In this document: positions 1 to 8,074 of the stretch, one piece after another
Numbering within the stretch: the first letter of the stretch is position 1
How the letters are laid out: each line of letters begins with the position of its first letter
DNA from: Octopus sinensis
Taxonomy: Eukaryota
DNA: 19,864 bases
NCBI RefSeq assembly: GCF_006345805.1
Contig: NW_021824118.1
Coordinates: 1 to 19,864, forward strand
Direction of reading: 5' to 3'
The notes under the pieces: generated by a model
What the model saw: the letters and a program-made list of their open reading frames with translations, nothing else
Told to the model about the DNA's origin: nothing
The model's database searches: none
Program-made: the position numbers and the translations under genes

Positions 1-1762
1 GCAAAAAGAAAACTCAAATGGTCCCGGAGTTCTAGCTATAAAACTGGACATTAAGAATGCATTCAACAGTCTGAGGAGAGATGTGATTCTGGAAACCTGC
101 TCAGAAAGGGCTCCTGATATTATCGGCTTGGTTCACTTGGCATATGGGTCAGACAGCTCTCTTCTTTTTGGAGATGAAATTATTAAATCGTGCACAGGAG
201 TTCAGCAGGGCGACCCTATCGGTCCACTGCTGTTCGCCCTCGGCATTGACTCTGCCGTATGGAAGGTCGATTCTTTTTTCAACCTGTGGTACCTCGATGA
301 TGCAACCATCGGGGGCCCCTCTGATACTGTGATTGAGGATATTTTCAACATAATTCCCACCCTTTGTGAAATTGGACTGGAAGTAAACGTCAGCAAGTGC
401 GAGCTTATAAATATCTTTTGCTCGCACGAAAAATTCGGTTCCGCACTAAACAAGCTGCAACTTCGCCTGCCGGGGCTGACAACCACACCCATTGATGATG
501 TTCTATTCCTCGGCGCGCCCATGGGCCAAATCCAACTTAAGAAGTCGCTATCTGAGAAAGCCAAATGGGTCACTGATTTCACAAATAAGCTCATGTTGCT
601 TGATTCTCACTACGGATTTTTCATGCTCAGAGTAAACCTCATGTTGCCAAGGCTTCTATACTTGCTGCGAACTTCAAACTGCTCAATACAATCTGACATG
701 CTTCAATCGCTCGATACTTCTCTGAAGTTGGCCGCTGAAAAAATCCTAAACATATCCTTTGATGACGCTGGTTGGACTTGTTGCAAATTACCTCTACGCC
801 TTGGCGGAGTTGGACTCCGTTCACCTCTGGACATGGCTCTTCCTGCATTCCTCTCCTCACGTGCGAGCTCCCAAGCCCTCATCACCCAAATCCTACGTAA
901 CTCTCGCGGATTGGAAGAGGACCGGGTTTTCTCTGGAGCTTGCGAATTCTGGAAGGGATCTGGATTGGCCATTCCATCTAACATTTCACGCCAATGGGAA
1001 TGGGATGATATCTCCAGGAAAGCTAAAATGGAAGCAATCAGACCTACATTGGATCAGCATCGCCTCGCTTGTCTCGGTGCCGCTGCCAGACCTGAAAGTG
1101 GGGCGTGGCTTAATGCCCTCCCTTGCTCCCAATCTGGAACCCTTCTCGATAATGACTGTGTGAGGATTGGCGTAGCAATACGCTTGGGGCATAATGTCTG
1201 TTCGGGGGGCCAATGCCGATGTGGTAGTAAAGTCGATAACAAAGGACTACATCCCCTGTCATGCAGAAGGAGTGCTGGCCGTGCTCCCAGACACTCCGCT
1301 ATCAACGAGACTATTTCGGCTGCGTTACAAGCAGCTGGATTCCCGACAGAACTGGAACCCGTTGGGCTTGACCGCGGAGACGGTAAACGCCCAGATGGAG
1401 TCACCATTTTCCCGTGGAGTAATGGGAAATGCCTCGCGTGGGACTCCACGTGCACAGACACCTTCTCAAAGACCAATATAGTTGACTCCGCGATCAGTCC
1501 AGGCTCAGCCGCTGAGAAGGCTGAGGTACATAAAGTTCAGAAATATTCCAACCTGTTGGACAACTTCATCTTCTCCCCAATATCCGTAGAAACCTCCGGG
1601 GTCATGAGCCAAAAATCGTTCGAACTCGTCGGGAAAATCGGGAATCTGATCTCGAGAAGACGGAGAGAGCCTCGGGAGAAGCAATGGTTGTTCCAAAGAA
1701 TATCCATTGCGATCCTGAGGGGCAACGTCTTCTCGATCATCAGTAGCTTTAGATTGCGATAA
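1..1762 (+). mobile_element. CRE-clade-like non-LTR retrotransposon with restriction-like endonuclease (RLE), 3' part; 5' part lies outside the window
   Basis: Frame is open from nt 2 (QKENSNGPGVLAIKLDIKNAFNSLRR...) to TAA 1760-1762. RT motifs KLDIKNAFN, QQGDPIGP, YLDD; CCHC knuckle CRCG-x8-H-x3-C; RLE motifs RHSAIN, RPDG, AWDSTC, EVHKVQKY; terminal QRISIAILRGN. Visibly more GC-rich than its flank. Confidence 0.9.
2..1762 (+). CDS. Reverse transcriptase - zinc knuckle - RLE polyprotein (5'-partial)
   Basis: ORF track 83..1762 extends upstream without a stop to the window edge; no frameshift or stop seen. Confidence 0.9.
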   Translation, partial: QKENSNGPGVLAIKLDIKNAFNSLRRDVILETCSERAPDIIGLVHLAYGSDSSLLFGDEIIKSCTGVQQGDPIGPLLFALGIDSAVWKVDSFFNLWYLDDATIGGPSDTVIEDIFNIIPTLCEIGLEVNVSKCELINIFCSHEKFGSALNKLQLRLPGLTTTPIDDVLFLGAPMGQIQLKKSLSEKAKWVTDFTNKLMLLDSHYGFFMLRVNLMLPRLLYLLRTSNCSIQSDMLQSLDTSLKLAAEKILNISFDDAGWTCCKLPLRLGGVGLRSPLDMALPAFLSSRASSQALITQILRNSRGLEEDRVFSGACEFWKGSGLAIPSNISRQWEWDDISRKAKMEAIRPTLDQHRLACLGAAARPESGAWLNALPCSQSGTLLDNDCVRIGVAIRLGHNVCSGGQCRCGSKVDNKGLHPLSCRRSAGRAPRHSAINETISAALQAAGFPTELEPVGLDRGDGKRPDGVTIFPWSNGKCLAWDSTCTDTFSKTNIVDSAISPGSAAEKAEVHKVQKYSNLLDNFIFSPISVETSGVMSQKSFELVGKIGNLISRRRREPREKQWLFQRISIAILRGNVFSIISSFRLR

Positions 1763-3104
1763 TTATTTTCGTTCTCTTAATTCCCAAACTACTGAACAAA
1801 TTTTGTCTGAAACAGTAAAAATCATTTAACAAAATTGGAGCTATGTCTAGAACTGATTCTTCCAATTCATTCACTTTTGTTACTACTTCTTTGACCGTAG
1901 TCTGTTTATTTTGCATACCACTGTAAAAAATTTCTTCATTATCGCTGCTTTCCGTATTTTCCAACACTTCGTCTACAACTTGTTCTATTACATCATCCGT
2001 CAGATTATCAGAAACAACAAATATTTCATTGCCGAAAGTATTATCCCAACAATTTGTAATTATTTCGGAGGATACATTTTGCCACGATTTCGATGCTATT
2101 ATCAATGATTGGCGTAAATTAATTTTTTAAGTAAGTCGCAGTAAAAATTTTCTTCATCTATACAACAAATAAATTCAATTAACGTCTTCGAATAATTATC
2201 TTTAAAAGCTTTGATTATCCCATTATCCAATGGTTGAAGAATTGGAGTTGTATTTTTGGGTAAAAACAGCAATTCGATATTTGAGAGCGATTTATTTTCA
2301 TGACACGAAGCGTTGTCAAGAATTATTAAAATTTTTCTCTTTTCCATTTTCATTCGTTCATTCACTAAGAATAACCATTGAATAAAAATATCTCTTGTCA
2401 TCCAGGCATTTTTGGAAGATGAGTACATAGCACCATAATCCTCAGGGTTAAAATTTCTGAAACATCTGGGATTTTTAAATTTCCCGATTATTAAAGGATC
2501 AAATTTTTGGCCTGAATAACTGCAGCAAAAGAGCAAAGAAATTTTTTCCTTATTTATTTTAGACCCTGACGCTTTTTTATTTTTTTGTACGAATGATTTT
2601 TTTGGGTCTTTTTTTATAAAAAGACAAGTTTCATCAATGTTAAAGATATTATTTTTTCCAATTCCATCACGATTACATGAGTTTTTTTCGCCGCTAAGGA
2701 TTTTGAATTTGAGTTCATGTCTTTTTTTAAAATTCATTGACCAACCATTCGATGCTTTAAAGCTTGTAATGTTCAATTTACCCGGAATTTTCAAACCTTA
2801 AAACAATGTGAAAAAAACTAAAATTACCTATTTTTTTGATAAGAGGACCTGAAGGAATATTTTGGAGCCGTAATTGTTGAAAAACGTCGAGAACTTTACT
2901 ATCCAATGTTTTAAAAATATCGTCAGTTTTTGTTTCAGTCCGAAAATTTGGAATAATGTTCCCACAGGTTATTTGCGGCGTAATCGTTTTTTTTATTCGA
3001 GCAATTGTGCCAATGATCGTTTCATATTTTTGAGCAAGTACTCTGTGTGAATGACTTTTTAGTTGTCTAGCAATTTCAACCTTTTTCTCGTAACTGAGAC
3101 CCAT
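1763..3104 (-). pseudogene. Tigger-like DD29D transposase with one 31-nt intron (2827-2797), a 1-nt frameshift at ~2125 and a disrupted C-terminus
   Basis: Removing GTAATTTT...TTTTAAG (2827-2797) joins ORFs 2778..3104 and 2102..2794 as IKKIG/LKIPGKLNITSFKASNGW. Adding one A to the A6 run near 2125 gives KKINLRQSLIIASKSW and joins ORF 1749..2105. 29 residues lie between the 2nd and 3rd Asp. The C-terminal KRTKI motif runs into the retroelement. Confidence 0.85.
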
Positions 3105-3534
3105 AATTATTATTATTATTATTTAAAGACCAATACGGGCAAGCCAGTTAATTATAGTTAATCCCGTGATCGCCGATCCAAACGAGGGAGATCCTTCTGA
3201 AAGGTTCAATCCTTCCCGCAAGATCGGCCTGAGACGACGATGTCCCAGGGTCTGAGAAGCTAAGAGTCTTTTTTCGGAAGGCATTAAGTGCCTCCTGAGC
3301 GTTGCCATATCCGAAGGAATTTCCAACTGACATGGTGGACCCCGTAACGCCACGCTAAGCCCGGAAGGTAAGAGATCCCCATTTCCAACTGTGTCGTGCC
3401 AGAAGTACTCGTTGCCTCACAGGCAGGGGAACGATAACGAGAATTTGCCCCAGGATGAAAACTGTCCTCCTTCGGAATCGAACTCACGACCATCCAAATC
3501 CATTATCCATAGCTTAGTCTTCAGCCAAGGGGGC
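3105..3534 (-). mobile_element. Putative tRNA-derived SINE (~430 bp) with (TAA)n tail
   Basis: Minus strand begins GCCCCCTTGGCTGAAGACTAAGC (A-box-like, 3527-3516), then GGTCGTGAGTTCGATTCC (B-box/T-loop, 3485-3474), a GC-rich body with no recognisable protein, and ends TTTAAATAATAATAATAATAAT. Possible 4-bp TSD TAAT (3104-3107 / 3535-3538). Confidence 0.75.
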
Positions 3535-3615
3535 TAATGATTTAGCGTGGAGTTTTTTTTAATCCAAATTAATTAATTTTTTTAATGACTAGAAATAAAC
3601 AATAATAATAAATTT

Positions 3616-3753
3616 TGTTTCAAATCGAGGTTTTCATTTAAAAGGAATTATTTATTCTAGGCAGAGATCCTACAAAGTGTTCCAAAAACTGAGGTTGTTC
3701 CAAAAACTGAGGTGTTCCAGCCCCGAGGTCTGTTCCAAATCGAGGTCGGACTG
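3616..3753 (-). repeat. Tigger 5' TIR and subterminal repeats TGTTYCA-N(4-6)-GAGG x5
   Basis: Copies at 3616-3630, 3678-3694, 3696-3712, 3713-3728 and 3731-3745; the two TGTTCCAAAAACTGAGG copies are identical. Confidence 0.85.
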
Positions 3754-4259
3754 TACCTGCTTTTTAAATCTTCTATCGCTTCATTTGTAAAGTCAGATTG
3801 GGAGGAAACAGCGATTTAGGGTTCAGTACTTTTACTTGTAGGGGGATATAAATAGGATGCGTGTAAATTTGGAGGAATGTAAGGTTGACTCTGATCAAAA
3901 AAGTAATAATCAACTAAAGAGATTCCAAGATCGATTTCTAGAAAGAAAAAAAGTCAGCCAAATCTAACTAGCAAATCCGAAAATTAAATGAAAAACCCAG
4001 CTTTTAATGAAGTTTTTTTCTACTGTCTCTGAACTAAATCTTTTGTTTAACTAACTATGATCGCTTAAAGATTACTGTTTATAAATAGCTCGTGCCATTT
4101 GTAAATAGCGATTAGCGACATGAAACTGATAAAAAAAGGATGGATATTTGCAGAAAGAAAATAATTTGCAGAAATAGGGTGTAATTGAGAGCTTTAATCA
4201 AACATTGACACGGGGTATGGAAAAATTGATAAATAATAAAAATTGGAAACATTTTTTAG

Positions 4260-4577
4260 ACAAAGTTACGTTTTTATAATACGACACATCACTCGGCGAT
4301 AAATGAGACTTTCTTCGAAAAGTATAGAGATATTTCTAGAATTAAACGTGCCATTTGTGAAATATTAGGTTATAATCTCACTTATAAGTTAGATGAAAAT
4401 AACGAGGCCTCGTTTGTAGTAGATGAACTTGATGGAAAATATACGATGTATTTTTTAGAAACGAATGATAAAATTTTTGATTTTACTCCTCTAGAAATGA
4501 ATTCATTTTATTTTAAAAGAATGAATAAAAAGATGGGAGTACACAAGTCAAAATATGATTTTGGATTAAGAAATGAG
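4260..4577 (+). pseudogene. Exon-like open frame (106 codons) of an unidentified, probably decayed host gene
   Basis: Stop-free TKLRFYNTTHHSAINETFFEKY...KYDFGLRNE, bounded by TTTTTTAG and GTATAA and followed by a candidate 25-nt intron (4578-4602). Neighbouring exon candidates contain stops. Confidence 0.45.
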
Positions 4578-4929
4578 GTATAATTGAATAAAAACAGTTT
4601 AGGTTAGAATTTTAAAAGATTGTGGGGACGAATCTTTCATTGAAACTACACAGATTTGAATTCCCATATGAAGAAAAGGGAAAAATAAAAAAATATATAA
4701 TGTTAATAACAGATTAATGGGAGAAACTACACATTAAATGAAAAATTTCAAATTTTATCTATAGAAAAAAGTGATGAGACTATTAAGGAAATATGGATTT
4801 TTCTACAATAAGATATGAATGATTATCCTTTGGTAGCTTCTTTTTACCCGGAAATGATTGATTAGCTGTAATTTCAATGAAAATGATTAATGGATTCTGA
4901 TTAATATAATGTAAATACAAGGAAAGAGT

Positions 4930-4959
4930 ATTCTTTGAGCATTCTTTGAGCATTCTTTG
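4930..4959. repeat. 11-bp tandem repeat (ATTCTTTGAGC) x2.7
   Basis: attctttgagc attctttgagc attctttg read directly. Confidence 0.9.
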
Positions 4960-5181
4960 TACCTAAAACAAAGAGTTGTAACAGCCTATTAAAAAGGTAA
5001 AAAAAATAAGGAGAGATTTTTAAACTGTTGACATTACCAGAAAGTACTGCTTGGTATATTATTACTCCATGAAAACAACACGGAACTTTTATGAATTTCT
5101 GTAGATTGGTCCTCAGAAAAGTTTCTGTTCATAGCGTCAAAAACCAACATGCATGTAACAACAACAAAATAAAAATGATAT

Positions 5182-6607
5182 TTGAATTCAGTAAAAGAAG
5201 GTTGGACTTCTTCTTGTGGTGAGGTGAGTGAGCGAAATATAATGAAAGAAGAAGACTCCAAGACGATGGAAACTCTTCGGATAGTTGGGAGGGATCCCTC
5301 TATCTGTTATGGGTGTAATAAGATCAACACCAGGAAATGTGGCGTTTACTGTTCAATGTGTAATAAATTCTGGCATATTAGCTGCGCGCACCTTACCAAA
5401 GCCGCAGTGAAATTACTCCGGCGCTGGAGCTGCCACTGTTGTATGGCTTTACTCGGAATCGCGGCTTCGCAGCATCAGTCTCCTTCGCTTCATGAACCCA
5501 AATCAGAACACTATATTCTCAAAATTTCCAACTTACGGAAATCTAAGAAGATACCATTACGTATCCCTAAACAGGCTCGGATCTCAGCGGCAAACTGCTT
5601 GTGCGATCTTATCACTGATGCGCTAAGCTCCGGGGGGGACCATTCTTGGATCCGTCTCCTCTCTTTTGCACCTTTTGTGTTTGGACAAGCAATTGATGGT
5701 TCAGTACAAAAGAAGAGTCTCTCGGCTGCCATTAAGTCGAACTCTGCGAGATTGGATGTCTCATGGATTGATTTCGATTGTGAAGCGACCAATTACCAAA
5801 CGTGCATCACGGAAAAATCCCCCCAGTGGTTCAAAATCCAAGTTAGTCGTAAACTCATGGATGGCGACATCCGTGCGGCAGTTCGGGTCCTTTCGTCCGC
5901 TGATTCACTTGCTGAATCTACTGCCGAGACTTTGGAACACCTCAAAAACAAACATCCGATGCCCCCAGATGACTTACGGGAGTTTCCCACACGAGACAAT
6001 GCAATTATACTGTCAATTTCTGAGGATGAAATTTTGGAAGGGATTAAATCTTTCAGACCGAGTAGCAGTGGGGGATTTGATGGTCTCCGGCCGAGTCATA
6101 TAAAGGACATGATTTCCCGATTGACTATAAAGACTGGAATCCGCCTGATCAAGTGTATTACCAAGCTTGTCGAACGGATTGTCAATGCTGGGATTTCAGG
6201 CTTTGCAAGGGATCTACTTTTCTGTTCACACCTTATTGCTTTCCGAAAGAACGATGGTGGAGTCCGCCCCATTGCAGTCGGTAATGTCTTCCGGAGGCTC
6301 GCATGCAAAATTGCAGCCCGAAGAGTCTGTCCCCGTGTTGCCGCTGAATTATCTCCAGTCCAACTGGGAGTTGGTGTTTCCAACGGATGTGAAGCTGCTG
6401 TCCACGCGACAAGAGCTTTTTTTTCACCTGACACAAGACATTCCCCAAATTCCTTTGCGGTGAAGCTGGATATCTCAAACGCGTTCAACAGTCTGAGAAG
6501 GGACTGTATGCTGGAATCGTGCTCGCAGCGTACCCCAGAGATCATGTCTGGCTCACCTTGCTTACGGGTCCGAAAGTTCGCTTGTCTTTGACAAACACAT
6601 TGTAAAC
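5182..6607 (+). mobile_element. Second CRE-clade-like non-LTR element, 5' half only (PHD finger plus N-terminal RT), 3'-truncated
   Basis: CYGC...CSMC...H-x2-C...CHCC (C4HC3); LKNKHP, SSGGFDGLRP, GGVRPIAVG..RRL, QLGVG..GCE, KLDISNAFNSLRR. After a frameshift at ~6547 it continues LAHLAYGSESSLVFDKHIVN, matching LVHLAYGSDSSLLFGDEIIK of element 1, then homology stops. The 5' boundary is approximate. Confidence 0.88.
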
Positions 6608-6609
6608 TT

Positions 6610-7206
6610 TAATTAATTATGATAACAATAAAAGAGTTATTCTGCATGAACAGGCTGAAAAATAAATGTGATTTTCACTTGACTTTAGGAACTTGTTCAT
6701 TTTTTGGAAGTCGTTGTGTAATACAACTGGTAGTGTCATCCTTGGTCGACCACGAAAGCATTCCCTCTCAAACATGAAATAATCCTCCATCGCCAGATTA
6801 GCTGGGGCAGCGAAATTTACACGCAGAATATGGCCATACAGTTTTCATTTGACGTCCAGGATAGAGGCCTATATGTGCATTTGTTGTAAATTCCAGCATT
6901 TGAAATTCTGGCAGGCCAGTGCATTACAAATAAAATCCCTAGCTGTTTTTTGTAAAACGCACTAAAAGCCGTTGATTTCACACTTATACAGGCACAAGTG
7001 TCAACATTTAATACTATTATCGACTTTAAAAATACATTTTACATACGTATCCGTAGATTGACATCGAATTCTTTCAGCCATCCCTTTTTGAGTGTTTTAT
7101 TGCTACTTCAGAAGTGTTGTCCTTTGAGTGTACTTTTTTAGCTCTTGAACTTTAAGCGTGCAAGTCTAAAACATCATATCGATGTGGAAATCAATCAAAT
7201 GAGAAT
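6610..7206 (-). pseudogene. Decayed member A of an unidentified repeated gene/element family
   Basis: 7126-7206 is nearly identical to 12591-12669, with weaker similarity between ~6615-6685 and ~12105-12190. Minus-strand frames are coding-like (...VQELK...) but interrupted. Confidence 0.45.
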
Positions 7207-7511
7207 TTTTGAAAATAGTGGCCAGAAAAAATCAGCATGCAAAAAAAATTGAAAATAGTGGCCAGTAACAGAAATTTGCAAGTAACTGAATTTTTCGTAT
7301 AAAATTTTATTTTTTGTAAAAAAGTGGCGACTAACCAGGGTTTGACTGTATTTATTTGCAACGATATGTTTTGTATAAAAAATATTTTTTGAATTTAAAT
7401 AATTTACGTGACTAATTTGATTTTTTCTTTTTGATGAATACAATATTTTATTTAAATTAGTCACCGTAGTTAATAAGGTAGGGGAAGTTTAATTTGAATT
7501 AGTCACCGTAC
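7207..7511. repeat. Cluster of short direct and inverted repeats, possibly the terminus of a decayed DNA transposon/MITE
   Basis: GAAAATAGTGGCCAG x2 (7211, 7251), AATTAGTCACCGTA x2 (~7455, ~7497), and an inverted near-copy TACGTGACTAATT (~7405). Confidence 0.55.
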
Positions 7512-8074
7512 GGATGGACAGGCAATTTCCACCTAATATCGCGAGCAAAATCCATTGGAAAAGCCAGCTCGACTGTCGTGACTTCTGTCTTGAACAGGAA
7601 TATTGTAGACTTGTCAGGACGTTTTTGATCTAGCGTATAAATGATACATTATTAGATAATAGATTTAAAAGCAGAATTTGGGTTGGTCTTCGGTTGGATT
7701 AGACTCATTTTACAAATTTTGTTAGAACAGACCATTAAAAAATAATCGATAATAAAAGTATCATTAGAAATTAAAAAAGTATTCTTTTTTGAGAAGCCAA
7801 TTATTATTGCATACTCGCAACGGGAAGGAATTCGTCTATCGATTAGCAATTTTTTAACGATAATTCGTGTCGGTGTTTAATGGCAACGGCTTTTTGTCAA
7901 CCTGGGCTAACAAAAAACCGGGCACAATTAATAAAAATATATAAATGACATTTTAATCTTGCCCTATTGATTATTCTTGGTATAAAAAATTATTTTTAAA
8001 ATTTTTAGTGAAATGTTTAATTTTTTTTTTTTTTTTTTTTATTAAGAAAGAAACTAATTAACTAAGTAATTTTA

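Larger units (their letters stand above)
1763..3753 (-). mobile_element. pogo/Tigger-family DNA transposon; 5' TIR present, 3' end interrupted by the CRE-like element
   Basis: Minus strand reads TA (3755-3754) then CAGTCCGACCTCGATTTGGAACA (3753-3731), a Tigger-type terminus. Transposase has CENP-B-type HTH, FKASNGW, and DDE_1 motifs NIDET / LDNASCH / QPLDNGII. Confidence 0.9.

Noticed and set aside
2778-2830. Programmed ribosomal frameshift between transposase ORFs
   Set aside because: A canonical GT-AG 31-nt intron restores both the frame and the family alignment.
3123-3493. Three short minus-strand ORFs (and their copies at 19192-19562)
   Set aside because: No recognisable motifs; explained as chance ORFs in a GC-rich SINE body.
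3460-3534. Functional tRNA gene
   Set aside because: A/B boxes are present but no convincing anticodon stem or full cloverleaf; continuous with a body and repeat tail, so called a SINE head.
3678-3745. Repeats resembling a mini CRISPR array
   Set aside because: Units are adjacent without unique spacers, lie in a Tigger terminus, and the DNA is eukaryotic with no cas genes.
5034-5261. piggyBac-like motif (DAMNRNF) in a short minus-strand ORF
   Set aside because: Only a few residues resemble it; no TTAA/TIR or catalytic motifs.
1-6607. Elements 1 and 2 as two halves of one circularly permuted element
   Set aside because: They overlap by about 50 codons and are clearly diverged in that overlap.
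5175-6624. ATGATA (5175-5180 / 6619-6624) as TSD of element 2, and TAATTAT at its 3' junction as another target motif
   Set aside because: The element is cut mid-RT so this is not a natural 3' end; such AT-rich 6-7-mers are common here and the right flank appears to belong to family member A.
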